A DNA stretch of 64,000 nt from an uncultured delta proteobacterium. GTDB lineage: Bacteria > Myxococcota > Myxococcia > Myxococcales > Myxococcaceae. The DNA lies in NCBI GenBank assembly GCA_963771175.1, contig CAVYSY010000026.1:160001-224000 (forward strand), in the 5' to 3' direction. Shown here piece after piece: positions 1-11,223 of this stretch (position 1 is its first letter; each line of letters opens with the position of its first letter). Under the pieces are notes generated by a model. It searched no databases and was not told the DNA's origin. It was given only the letters and a program-made list of their open reading frames with translations. The translations under genes and the position numbers were made by a program.

Positions 1-562
1 GCGCGCGTCGGGCGCTCGGTGCGGTCCAACGCCTCCAGGGCCACCACCAGGAAGGCGGTGGACAGGGACTCGCCCAGCGTCCGGCCCGCGAAGATGAGCA
101 CCGGCCCATAAAGGCCCACGGCGAGGAGGAGAAGAGGCCCCCCGCGCGTCCGGCACGGCGCTCGGCGAAGCGGTAGACAGCCCAGAGCATCCACCCGTGC
201 AGCGCCGCCTGGGGTACGGCGAGCAGCGCCCGGTACGCCACCGGGTGCGAGAGGCCCAGCAGGTCCGCCAGCTTCAGAAACCCCGCGGCCACTCCCGGCG
301 CGGCCCAGTTGCGCAGGCCCACGCGCCACTCCCAGGCCAGCACCCCGTAGCCGTGCACGCGGAACCACGCCGGCTCGAGCAGTTGGTACACCTCATCCGG
401 GTGGATGCGGCCCAGTTGCGCCACCGCGATGACCGCGGGCAGCAGCCCCACCGCGCCCAGCAGCAGCACGAGAGGCCACCTTCGAGGTGCCACGGAGAGT
501 GGTGGCTCGGGGATGGAGTTGGCGTGCGACGGCGGAGCGGAAATGGGCGCGGGAGCGGTCAT
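1..562 (-). CDS. PigB/Alg9-like (GT22, GT-C fold) membrane glycosyltransferase, 5' part; runs off the window
   Basis: Not in the ORF track because it is open at the edge. Manual translation from ATG 562 gives a TM helix then HPDEVYQLLEPAWFRVHGYGVLAWEWRVGLRNW, resembling the PigB N-terminal motif. Confidence 0.7.
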   Translation of the reverse strand, partial: MTAPAPISAPPSHANSIPEPPLSVAPRRWPLVLLLGAVGLLPAVIAVAQLGRIHPDEVYQLLEPAWFRVHGYGVLAWEWRVGLRNWAAPGVAAGFLKLADLLGLSHPVAYRALLAVPQAALHGWMLWAVYRFAERRAGRAGGLFSSSPWAFMGRCSSSRAGRWASPCPPPSWWWPWRRWTAPSARRA

Positions 563-774
563 CGGAAGGGCCTCGCGACTCTCTCCGTCCTCTCAGGGAA
601 GCGCAAGCCGTGGGGCGGCTGTCCGCCCGCTCAGCACCGTCTCGGACGCGGAGTGTAAGGACCCGACTCCGGGCGTCCCTTTTCTGGACTCCCAGGCGTG
701 ACTTGAAAAGTAGAGCGGCCGACGCATGGAAACCGTGCGCCCGCGTGTTCTCCGTGTTTAGATTCACGCCCCCC

Positions 775-1989
775 ATGAGCTACCTCGTCCTCGCCCGTAA
801 ATGGCGCCCGCAGACTTTCGACGACATGACCGGCCAGGAGCACGTGGTCCGGACGGTCGCCAACGCCATCAAGATGAACCGGGTGGCGCACGCCTACCTG
901 TTCTGCGGCCCCCGCGGCGTCGGCAAGACCACCGCGGCCCGCCTGCTCGCCAAGGCGCTCAACTGCGAGAACGGCCCCACCCCCGAGCCCTGCGGCAAGT
1001 GCCAGGCGTGCACGGAGATCGCCGCGGGCACCTCGGTGGACGTGGCGGAGATCGACGGTGCCTCCAACAACGGCGTGGAGAACGTCCGCGAGATTCGCGA
1101 GAACGCCAAGTACCTGCCGCAGCGCGACCGGCACAAGATCTACATCATCGACGAGGTCCACATGCTCTCGGGGGCCGCGTTCAACGCGCTCCTGAAGACG
1201 CTGGAGGAGCCGCCCGGGCACGTGAAGTTCATCTTCGCCACCACCGAGGCGCACAAGCTCCCGGACACCATCCTCTCGCGCTGCCAGCGCCACAACTTCC
1301 GCCGCATCTCCGCGAAGGTGATGCTCGATCGCCTCAAGTACATCTGCGAGCAGGAGAAGGTGGCCATCTCGGAGCGGGCGCTCTCCATGGTGGTGCGCCA
1401 GTCCGAGGGCGGCATGCGCGACGCGCTCAGCCTCCTGGACCAGATCTTCTCCGCCTGCGGCCCCGATCCCAAGGACGAGGACGTGGCCGATGCGCTGGGC
1501 ACCATCGACCGCACCGTGGTGCAGGACTTCGCCGAGGCGCTGGTGCGCAAGGACGCGAAGCGCGTCCTGGAGCGCGTGGAGGAGGTCTTCAACCGCGGCG
1601 TGGACCTCAAGCGGCTCGCCGAGGAGCTCGCGCTGCAGCTCCGTCACCTCTTCGTGGCCAAGACGCTGGGCGAGGCCCCCGCGGAGCTCGCCGAGTCCGA
1701 GCGCACGGCGCTCGTCACGCTGGCGAAGGACGCGGACTCGGCTCAGATCTCGCGGCTCTTCGACGTGGTGCACGGCTGCGTGTGGGACGTGTCGCGCGCG
1801 GCCCAGCCCCGACTGGCGCTGGAGATGGCGCTGCTCAAGGCCATCCAGCTCTCGCCCGTCGGAGCCATCCCGGACCTCATCGCCCGGGTGGACCGCCTCG
1901 CCGCGGGACTGGGTTCCGATGATGCTCGCAAGGTAGCTGCCGGGGCGCCCGGAGGTCGCTCCGGTCCCGCCAACTTTCGCTCCCACTGA
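775..1989 (+). CDS. dnaX: DNA polymerase III gamma/tau, clamp-loader domains I-III (404 aa, gamma-sized)
   Basis: MSYLVLARKWRPQTF start, Walker A GPRGVGKT, Zn module, IIDEVHML, SRC motif. Confidence 0.98.
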   Translation: MSYLVLARKWRPQTFDDMTGQEHVVRTVANAIKMNRVAHAYLFCGPRGVGKTTAARLLAKALNCENGPTPEPCGKCQACTEIAAGTSVDVAEIDGASNNGVENVREIRENAKYLPQRDRHKIYIIDEVHMLSGAAFNALLKTLEEPPGHVKFIFATTEAHKLPDTILSRCQRHNFRRISAKVMLDRLKYICEQEKVAISERALSMVVRQSEGGMRDALSLLDQIFSACGPDPKDEDVADALGTIDRTVVQDFAEALVRKDAKRVLERVEEVFNRGVDLKRLAEELALQLRHLFVAKTLGEAPAELAESERTALVTLAKDADSAQISRLFDVVHGCVWDVSRAAQPRLALEMALLKAIQLSPVGAIPDLIARVDRLAAGLGSDDARKVAAGAPGGRSGPANFRSH

Positions 1990-2776
1990 GCGTCCTCCCG
2001 AGCCCGTCCGCCCTCCCCCCGCGCCCGTCGCGCGCTCGCCCGAGGCCCCCGCGCCCGCGCAGCCCATCGTGCGCGTGACGAACGTGCGCCTGCCGACGCC
2101 CCCGCCCGCCACGGAGGACGAGCGCTTCTTCCCCGAGGAGGGCTCCGCCGAAGGCTGTGCTTCCGGCGAGTGTCTCCCGGACGTGCCGCCCGTCCCTCTC
2201 GCCGAGCCGGAGCCGGAACCGGAAGCCGACTCCGTCCGGCCCTTCGACGTCCACCACGCCTCGGGCGCCGCGGCCCCCATGGCCACCTCGGGACGCGACA
2301 ACCCCCGACGTCCCCTCCAGGACCGGTGGCGCGCGGTGGTGGACACCGTGCGAGCCTCTTCCGGCCGGCACGCCCAGTCGCTCGCCAATGGTCGCCTCCT
2401 CTGGATTCGAGAGGGCGAGGTGGCGGTCGCCTATGTGCCCAAGGACGGCTTCCACAAGCTCATGGTGTCCAGCAACGGGCGCCCCGCCATCGAGAAGGCC
2501 CTCGCCGAGCACTTCGGTCGCCCGACGAAGCTCCTGGTGCAGGATGCGGCCGCGGACGACACCAGCCCCACCGCGGGCCTCATCAGCATCGCCCAGCAGG
2601 ACGCCCAGGAACGCACCGCCTACGAGAAGAGCACCGAGGGACGGGTCCGCAGTCACCCGGCCCTCCGCGCCACACTCAAGTTCCTCGGGGGCGAAATCGA
2701 GCACATCCAGGTGTACGACCAGCCTGCGCGCCCGGTGGCCGCCCCGACGAACGACTCTCCTGACGAGAGCCCCTGA
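1979..2776 (+). CDS. dnaX: Tau C-terminal region (Pro-rich linker plus domain V-like), in the +1 frame relative to dnaX
   Basis: Frame is open 1937-2776. It encodes WRAVVDTVR...IEKALAEHFGRPTKLLV and HPALRATLKFLGGEI, typical of tau C-termini. It lies between dnaX and ybaB. Confidence 0.75.
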   Translation, partial: APTERPPEPVRPPPAPVARSPEAPAPAQPIVRVTNVRLPTPPPATEDERFFPEEGSAEGCASGECLPDVPPVPLAEPEPEPEADSVRPFDVHHASGAAAPMATSGRDNPRRPLQDRWRAVVDTVRASSGRHAQSLANGRLLWIREGEVAVAYVPKDGFHKLMVSSNGRPAIEKALAEHFGRPTKLLVQDAAADDTSPTAGLISIAQQDAQERTAYEKSTEGRVRSHPALRATLKFLGGEIEHIQVYDQPARPVAAPTNDSPDESP

Positions 2777-2864
2777 CAACCGGCTCGCCCAACGCTAGGG
2801 TGCGCGCTTCGCACTTCATCGAGCGGTCCCCGATGCCCGCTCGCACGCCCTACTGAGGAAGCAC

Positions 2865-3182
2865 ATGCCCGGCATCGATCTGAACTACTTCATCCGTCAG
2901 GCCAACAAGCTCACGGAGAAGATCGAACAGCGTAAGAAGGAACTGGCTGAAGAGACCGTCGAGGCCAAGGCCGGCGACGGCCGCGTCACCGTGGTCGCCA
3001 ACTGCGTCCAGGAGATCAAGAGCATCAAGATCGACAAGTCGCTCGTCGACCCCAACGACCTGGGCATGCTCGAGGACCTGGTCACCGCCGGCGTCAACGC
3101 TGCCCTGGCGAGCAGCCGTGAGAAGATGCAGCGCGAGCTCGGCAAGATTTCCGGCGGCGTGAAGATCCCCGGCATTACTTGA
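2865..3182 (+). CDS. ybaB: YbaB/EbfC nucleoid-associated protein
   Basis: AGDGRVTVVAN...MLEDLVTAGVNAAL; dnaX-ybaB-recR synteny; SD GAGGA. Confidence 0.95.
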   Translation: MPGIDLNYFIRQANKLTEKIEQRKKELAEETVEAKAGDGRVTVVANCVQEIKSIKIDKSLVDPNDLGMLEDLVTAGVNAALASSREKMQRELGKISGGVKIPGIT

Positions 3183-3188
3183 TACGGA

Positions 3189-3782
3189 ATGACTCCTGAT
3201 CCGCTCAATCGCCTGGTCGCCCAGCTCGCGAAGCTCCCGGGTATCGGTGAGAAGACCGCGCAGCGGCTGGCGTTCCACATCCTCCGCGCCCCGAGCGAGT
3301 ACGCCTCGGACCTGTCCCAGGCCATCCGCGAGGTGAAGGAGCGGGTGCATTTGTGCACCCGCTGCTTCTCCCTCACTGACACGGAGCTGTGCGGCTTCTG
3401 TCGGGACAACAAGCGCGACGAGCGCGTCCTGTGCGTGGTGGAGACGTACGCGGACCTGATGGCGCTGGAGCGCACCCGCGAGTTCAAGGGGCGCTACCAC
3501 GTGCTGCACGGGGTGCTCTCCCCGCTGGACGGCGTGGGCCCGGAGCAGCTTCGCATCAAGGAGCTGCTGACCCGGCTCGGCGATGGCCACGTCGAGGAGA
3601 TCATCGTCGCCACCAACCCGGACGTGGAGGGCGAGGCCACCGCGCTCTACCTGACGCGCCTGCTCAAGCCCATGGGCATCCGCGTCAGCCGCATCGCCCA
3701 GGGCCTGCCCATGGGCGGTGACCTCGAGTACGCCGACCAGGCCACGCTGGCCAAGGCGCTCAGCGCCCGGCGCGAGCTGTGA
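3189..3782 (+). CDS. recR: Recombination mediator RecR
   Basis: LPGIGEKTAQRLAF HhH, C4 zinc finger, Toprim ATNPDVEGEAT, GGDLEYAD. Confidence 0.98.
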   Translation: MTPDPLNRLVAQLAKLPGIGEKTAQRLAFHILRAPSEYASDLSQAIREVKERVHLCTRCFSLTDTELCGFCRDNKRDERVLCVVETYADLMALERTREFKGRYHVLHGVLSPLDGVGPEQLRIKELLTRLGDGHVEEIIVATNPDVEGEATALYLTRLLKPMGIRVSRIAQGLPMGGDLEYADQATLAKALSARREL

Positions 3783-3791
3783 GGCTCCCGG

Positions 3792-5582
<1,791 letters not shown>

Positions 5583-5592
5583 TCCCAGGGCC

Positions 5593-7554
5593 TCACTTCA
5601 AGGTGCGCACCGTGTACACGTCCGGCGCACCCGATCTGGACAGCTTGAATACGATGAGGGGCGGCTGTCCCGAGGGGGCCACCCAGGTATCGAACCGGTG
5701 CTTCGAGTCGAGCGCCACGCGCTGCCCGTTCACGAGGAGTTGCGAGCCCACCGGGGCCACTCCGGCCACCCGCACCCGAGAACCCGCGCGCTGGCCCTCA
5801 CGGGGAGCGCTGACCACGAGCGTGGGCACCGAGTTGTCGAAGACGAGCTCCAGCTTGTTCATCCGCCCGCCTCGCAGCGGCCGTCCATTGGGCGCCAGCG
5901 GGGTGATGGACCAGAGGAAGTTGCCCTCCTTCAGGACGCCCGCCTCGAGCGGCACCTGCGACGCCGAGGCGGACCGCTCCACCACGGGCTTGCTCAGCGC
6001 CCCCTGCCGGTACACCGCCACCTTGTAGGAGGCCGCGCCCGGCTCCGCCTGACAGGTGAAGGTGACGGCCGGGGGCTTGTCCTGGAAGTAGATGGTCGTC
6101 TTCTCCGGGCCCTCGGGGACGCGGTTGCGCAGCCGGTCCAGCTCGCGCCTCGAGGAGCGCTCGGGACCGAAGGACGCACTGCCCCGGGCCACCTCCGAGC
6201 CATCCGTCCGCCGCACCCGCCAGTACAGCGCGCCTCGCTCGGGGGCCGTCACGTTGACGAAGCCTCCGCGGGCCACCCCCTCCAGCACCGTCCGCTGGAA
6301 GTCGGCATCCGAGGCCACCTCCACCCGCACCTCGCCCGTCTCCTCCCACGTGAGGGCCACCTCCGACCCGCGCCGCAGGAACACCTGCTGGCCCGGCACC
6401 GGGGACAACCCGAGCGGCGCCCGCGCCAGCGCCTCCACCCGCGCGGCGGCCTCGCCCTCCACCTTGGCGCGCTGGCCCGCGCGCAGGGGCTCGCGGGCCT
6501 CACCGCGCACCAGTGTCACGTCTCCGGCGCGCGAGGCCACGGTGAAGCCATCCTCCGTGCGCCGCACGTCGAGCCGGGCCGCGCCCTTGCTCTCCAGCGA
6601 GAGTCCCGGCAGCACCACCCGGCTCGAGCGACCCGGGGCCAGCGTCAGCCCGAGCTCGCCCTTGAGCAGATCCACCCGCGCCTCATCCGTCGAGCCGGCC
6701 TGGGATACGCCCTGCACCACCAGCTCGCCGCCCGAGAGCGAGAGCGTGGACTCCGAGCCCTCCAGCGTCAGCAGCGCCGTGCCCTGGCGCACGCGCACGG
6801 CATCTCCGGCCTTGAGCGCCTCGCCCTTCCGGTCCACCACACGCCACCGGGCACTGCCCTTCTCACGCCACTCCGTGCGGCCCGTCGCGGCGTGCACCGT
6901 CACCTCGACGGACGCCAGCTCCAGCACCCGCGTCGTCACGCCCTCGGCCTTCACCGAGACCGCCTGTCCCTGCGAGGCCCGCACCGACTGCCCGTTCTTC
7001 GCCACCACCTCCACGGAGCCGAGGAGCACCTCCACGCGCCCCTCGTTCTCGCCCACGCCCACCTGCACTTCGCTCTCGCTCGTGCCCACGCGGGTGAGTC
7101 CGAAGGGCGTGAGGATGGTGAGCCGCACCGCCGGGCCCACCTGCTCCCGAGCACCGGACGCGGGCACCCGCGACAGCACGAGGCCCCGCGCCACCTCCAG
7201 CACCACGCCGCTCGCGTCCTCGCCGAGGACAAAGCGCGCATCCGGCCCTACCTCCACCGTGCGCCCGTCGGCGAAGCGCACCGTGACACCGCCGTCCGCC
7301 CCCGTCTCCACCGCGTCCCCACGCCACAGCGGACCCTGGACCGCGGGCTCCAGCTTCCCTCCGCGCTCGAGCCGCACCTCGCCCTTCACCGTCACGAGCT
7401 GCGCGAGCGGAGCCACGCCCGCGTCCACCACCGCCGGCTCCTTCACCACCGCGGAGGGAAGAGGCTGCGCGGAGGGCAACGACTCTTCGTCTCCGCAGGC
7501 GGTCGCCAGCAGCAGGCAGAGCGAGGACATCCAGAGGGGATGAAGGGGGCTCAC
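5593..7554 (-). CDS. masB: FecR-domain lipoprotein
   Basis: Lipobox LATAC; two FecR-like repeats (GDAVETGADGGVTVRFADG; GDAVRVRQGTALL); operon position. Confidence 0.7.
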   Translation of the reverse strand: MSPLHPLWMSSLCLLLATACGDEESLPSAQPLPSAVVKEPAVVDAGVAPLAQLVTVKGEVRLERGGKLEPAVQGPLWRGDAVETGADGGVTVRFADGRTVEVGPDARFVLGEDASGVVLEVARGLVLSRVPASGAREQVGPAVRLTILTPFGLTRVGTSESEVQVGVGENEGRVEVLLGSVEVVAKNGQSVRASQGQAVSVKAEGVTTRVLELASVEVTVHAATGRTEWREKGSARWRVVDRKGEALKAGDAVRVRQGTALLTLEGSESTLSLSGGELVVQGVSQAGSTDEARVDLLKGELGLTLAPGRSSRVVLPGLSLESKGAARLDVRRTEDGFTVASRAGDVTLVRGEAREPLRAGQRAKVEGEAAARVEALARAPLGLSPVPGQQVFLRRGSEVALTWEETGEVRVEVASDADFQRTVLEGVARGGFVNVTAPERGALYWRVRRTDGSEVARGSASFGPERSSRRELDRLRNRVPEGPEKTTIYFQDKPPAVTFTCQAEPGAASYKVAVYRQGALSKPVVERSASASQVPLEAGVLKEGNFLWSITPLAPNGRPLRGGRMNKLELVFDNSVPTLVVSAPREGQRAGSRVRVAGVAPVGSQLLVNGQRVALDSKHRFDTWVAPSGQPPLIVFKLSRSGAPDVYTVRTLK

Positions 7555-9035
7555 CGGGACTTGGGAAAGAGATCGACGTTGAAGATGGTCTGCTCGCCGT
7601 CGTGCACGGTGACGACCTTCGTCTGGGAGAGGTGACCGGGAGCCGAGAAGATAAGACGATACCTACCCTGCTTGAGCTGGACCTGGAAAGCCCCCCGAGC
7701 GTCCGTCCGCCGGCGGATGTTCGCCTCCGGAATGACGAGCCAGGCCTGAAGCGGCTTGCCCTTACGGATGCTGCGCACCTGGCCAGACAGGGTGGCGAGC
7801 GCTCCCTGATTCGCGGAGGCGAGCGACACGGACAGTGGCGTCTCGGCGCCGGCGAGGATGACCACCGCCTCCTGTTCGGAGCGGAAGCCCTCGGCGGATA
7901 TTTTCACCTCCAGCGGCCCCGCCGAGAGTCCCTCCAGGCGCACCACGCCCGTCGCGTCGGTGAGAACCTGGGTGGAACCCATGGTGACGGTCGCCCTCGG
8001 CAGGGGCACCCCACTGCGCGCATCCAGCACGCTCACACGCAAGGTGCCCACCTGGGGCTCCCGGCGCGCCCGCACCACCAGCTCCGCGCGCCCACCGGCC
8101 GTCACCGAAATGCGACCTTCCGCGGGCTCGTAGCCCTCCGCGCTCACGCGGGCGAGCACCTCGCCCGGCGGCAGCATCACATCCGTCAACCGCCCATCCG
8201 TCCCCACCGCGCGCGGCGCCTGCGCCACACCGTCCGCCGTCAGCACCACCTGGGCACCAGGCAGCGCCATCCCGGACTCCGCGTCCACCACCGCGAGCAC
8301 GAGCGCGCCCAGCTCCGACCGCGCGGCGTCAGTTCCTCCGTAGGCGAGCTCGAACCCCACTCCCGCGCGACTGATGTCCTGCCGGGACGTCACCCCCTCG
8401 GCGGTCGTCAGGCTGTCGCGCACATATTGGTAGTCCAGCACCAGGGAGCCACCCCATTCGCCCCGGCGCACCACCGGAAGGAGCAGCGCGGCACCGGCCG
8501 CGAAACCACTGGACGTGGTGCCGATCGCCACGGGCACCTCCCCTCGCACCTCCGCGCGCAGGCGCCAGGGCAGCGGCACGACGACGCGGCCCCCCACCAG
8601 CGCGGCATGGCGCGCCACGGGAACGAGCCGCGCCTGCCCCGGGCCGGAGAAGGTCGGGAGCTGCGCGAAGCCATAGCCGGCGCTCAGCTCGGCGCGCACC
8701 GGCCCCAACGTGAACCGGGCCGCCGGCCCCACCGAGGCCCGCAGCAGTCCACCGCTGGTGACGAGGTCCGTCCCCTTCGAGAGACTGAAGCCCTCGCGCT
8801 GGACGCTGGCCCACGCGCCCCACCAGTTCTCGCCGAACACGGTGGCCCCGAGCGCCAGGTCGTTGGGCGTCATTCCCCCGTAGGACAGCGCCGGTCCGGC
8901 ATCCTGGGCCCCGTCCCGGAAGGCCAGGCCGTAGCGCAGCCGCAGCGCGACCCCCTGGGCGGAGGCGGTGATCGGCCCCCCCAAAGTGAGCACAAGTAGG
9001 AGGAGACGAAAAAAGGGGCGAGGATGGACCAGCAC
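7551..9035 (-). CDS. masA: Exported protein with putative OM beta-barrel and carboxypeptidase-regulatory-like (Ig) repeats
   Basis: Likely GTG start 9035 with signal peptide; amphipathic beta-strands; repeated VxDAxSGxPLP(G/R)AxV...SAEG(Y/F) units. Confidence 0.65.
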   Translation of the reverse strand: MLVHPRPFFRLLLLVLTLGGPITASAQGVALRLRYGLAFRDGAQDAGPALSYGGMTPNDLALGATVFGENWWGAWASVQREGFSLSKGTDLVTSGGLLRASVGPAARFTLGPVRAELSAGYGFAQLPTFSGPGQARLVPVARHAALVGGRVVVPLPWRLRAEVRGEVPVAIGTTSSGFAAGAALLLPVVRRGEWGGSLVLDYQYVRDSLTTAEGVTSRQDISRAGVGFELAYGGTDAARSELGALVLAVVDAESGMALPGAQVVLTADGVAQAPRAVGTDGRLTDVMLPPGEVLARVSAEGYEPAEGRISVTAGGRAELVVRARREPQVGTLRVSVLDARSGVPLPRATVTMGSTQVLTDATGVVRLEGLSAGPLEVKISAEGFRSEQEAVVILAGAETPLSVSLASANQGALATLSGQVRSIRKGKPLQAWLVIPEANIRRRTDARGAFQVQLKQGRYRLIFSAPGHLSQTKVVTVHDGEQTIFNVDLFPKSR

Positions 9036-9378
9036 GGCCGGAGTATAGTGAAGACCGGACAAGTCCCCTCGAAACAGGCAGCACCCGGCTGTTCGCGACC
9101 CCTCCATGGAGAGCAATGCCCCCCTTCAGCCCCTCTCGCCCTCCCACACACGGGATGTGGGCAGGCAGCCGATGCGGGCTCGTGCCTGGACGCCAGCCCC
9201 CGGAGCACGGGACTCCACGTCGCGAGGTGGCTTCTTGCCGGGTTGGAAGGGCTTTGCTAAAGCTCCACCGGTCGGGAGCGCCGCACCTAACCTCCGAAAT
9301 TCATTCCGGAAACCTACGGGGAACCCTCGGGGGCCGCGGAAGTACAGGTCGAGCGAACGCTTAGGAGCGTAAACGCCC

Positions 9379-9858
9379 ATGGGCACGCAACTGGTGATGT
9401 ATGAAGAGGAGTTCACCAAGATCAACGCGGTTTGCGACCGGCTGACCAAGGACGCGAACGCGAAGGTGGTGTTCCTCGTCGACAAGAACGGGCAGCTCAT
9501 CTCTTCCGCGGGGCAGACGCAGAACATCGACACCACCTCACTGGCCTCGCTGACGGCCGGTAACGTGGCGGCGATGGGCGGCCTCGCGAAGTTGATTGGC
9601 GAGAACGAGTTCCCCCATCAGTTCCATGAAGGGGCCAAGGACTCGCTCTACATGACCATCGTCGGGAGCCGGGTGGTGCTGGTTGTCATCTTCGACAACC
9701 GCACGAGCCTCGGTCTGGTGCGCCTGCGCATCAAGAAGGCCAGTGACGAGCTCACCAAGATTTTCGAGACCCTGGTCAAGAAAACGGATGGTCCCGGGGC
9801 TGGGTCGCCGTTCGCCGAGATTTCCGACGACGATATCGACAACCTCTTCAGCGAGTAA
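9379..9858 (+). CDS. mglB: MglB roadblock/LC7 GTPase-activating protein
   Basis: MGTQLVMYEEEFTKINAVCDRLTKDANAKVVFLVDKNGQLIS, recognisable as myxobacterial MglB; SD AGGAG. Confidence 0.98.
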   Translation: MGTQLVMYEEEFTKINAVCDRLTKDANAKVVFLVDKNGQLISSAGQTQNIDTTSLASLTAGNVAAMGGLAKLIGENEFPHQFHEGAKDSLYMTIVGSRVVLVVIFDNRTSLGLVRLRIKKASDELTKIFETLVKKTDGPGAGSPFAEISDDDIDNLFSE

Positions 9859-9869
9859 CCCGGGAAGCC

Positions 9870-10457
9870 ATGTCCTTCATCAACTACTCGTCTCGCGAAA
9901 TCAACTGCAAGATCGTCTACTACGGTCCCGGGTTGTGCGGGAAGACGACGAACCTGCAGTACATCTACAACAAGACCGCCGCGGATACGAAGGGCAAGCT
10001 CATCTCGCTCTCGACCGAGACGGATCGCACGCTCTTCTTCGACTTCCTGCCGCTGTCGCTCGGTGAGATCCGCGGATTCAAGACGCGCTTCCACCTGTAC
10101 ACGGTGCCCGGTCAGGTCTTCTACGACGCCAGCCGCAAGCTCATCCTCAAGGGTGTGGACGGCGTGGTGTTCGTGGCCGACAGCCAGGTCGAGCGCATGG
10201 AGGCCAACATGGAGTCGTTGGAGAACCTCCGCATCAACCTCGCCGAGCAGGGCTACGATCTGAACAAGATCCCCGCCGTGCTCCAGTACAACAAGCGCGA
10301 CCTCCCCAACGCGGTGACGATGGAGGAGATGCACAAGACGCTCAACCCGCGGAACATCCCTGAGTACCAGGCGGTGGCTCCCACGGGCGTGGGAGTGTTC
10401 GATACGCTCAAGGCCGTGGCCAAGCTCGTATTGACGGAGTTGAAGAAGGGCGGCTAA
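9870..10457 (+). CDS. mglA: Gliding-motility small GTPase MglA
   Basis: GPGLCGKTT, TVPGQVFY, NKRD; 195 aa; follows mglB. Confidence 0.99.
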   Translation: MSFINYSSREINCKIVYYGPGLCGKTTNLQYIYNKTAADTKGKLISLSTETDRTLFFDFLPLSLGEIRGFKTRFHLYTVPGQVFYDASRKLILKGVDGVVFVADSQVERMEANMESLENLRINLAEQGYDLNKIPAVLQYNKRDLPNAVTMEEMHKTLNPRNIPEYQAVAPTGVGVFDTLKAVAKLVLTELKKGG

Positions 10458-10502
10458 GGACGCAGGGCGGTCCCCTGGTCCGCCCGCAGACGAGGTCGCC
10501 GC

Positions 10503-11213
10503 TTGCGCTTCACTCCCTCCACCCTCCGTCTCCTGGCCCTGATTGGCACGGGCCTGTGGGCCCCCGCGTTCGCGCAGGGGCCCGCTGTCGTTTCCGCGCC
10601 CGCGTCCATGCCCGCGTCCTCGAAGCCCGAGGCCACGCCCACCGCGAAGACGGCCGAGGAGGCCTTCAACACCCGGGTGAGGACGCTGGAGGAGCAGGTC
10701 GTCGACCTCAAGGAGAAGATCTTCCGCTCCAAGGCGCGCCTGCAGCTCCTGCAGGAGACGGTGCTGGGAGGGGACCTGTCCACGGGCTCGCGCGCGGTGC
10801 TCCTCCACCGCAACGAGATGGGCAACTCGTTCGTGCTGGAGTCGGTGGCGTACGCGCTGGACGGCGCCCCCATCTTCACCCGCACGGATGAGAACGAGGA
10901 CCTCTCCAAGCACGAGGAGCTCGAGATCTTCAACGGCCGCATCGTGCCGGGCCAGCACCAGGTGGCCGTGAAGCTCGTCTACCGGGGCCATGGCTACGGG
11001 GTGTTCAGCTACCTCGAGGGCTACCGGTTCAAGGTGCAATCCAGCTACACCTTCAACGCGGAGCCCGGGAAGGTGACGACCGTGCGCGTGGTGGGGTTCG
11101 AGAAGGGCGGGCTGACCGCGGACCTGCAGGATCGTCCAGCGGTGCGCTACGACATCGAGTCGTCGCGTGAATCGGGCAAGAAGCAGCCCGCGGCCCCAGC
11201 CGAGACGAAGTAG
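10503..11213 (+). CDS. Exported coiled-coil plus beta-sandwich protein (myxobacterial conserved hypothetical)
   Basis: Signal peptide, coiled coil LEEQVVDLKEKIFRSKARLQLL, high GC3. Confidence 0.8.
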   Translation: MRFTPSTLRLLALIGTGLWAPAFAQGPAVVSAPASMPASSKPEATPTAKTAEEAFNTRVRTLEEQVVDLKEKIFRSKARLQLLQETVLGGDLSTGSRAVLLHRNEMGNSFVLESVAYALDGAPIFTRTDENEDLSKHEELEIFNGRIVPGQHQVAVKLVYRGHGYGVFSYLEGYRFKVQSSYTFNAEPGKVTTVRVVGFEKGGLTADLQDRPAVRYDIESSRESGKKQPAAPAETK

Positions 11214-11223
11214 GGAGTCGCAT

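Noticed and set aside
487..774. N-terminal extension of dnaX in the ORF track; possible SRP RNA upstream of dnaX
   Set aside because: The conserved DnaX start is MSYLVLARK at 775, and no SRP domain IV motif is visible in 563-774.
9235..9263. Sigma54 or sigma70 promoter for mglBA
   Set aside because: GG-GC spacing is 9 rather than 10 nt and the -10 match is weak.
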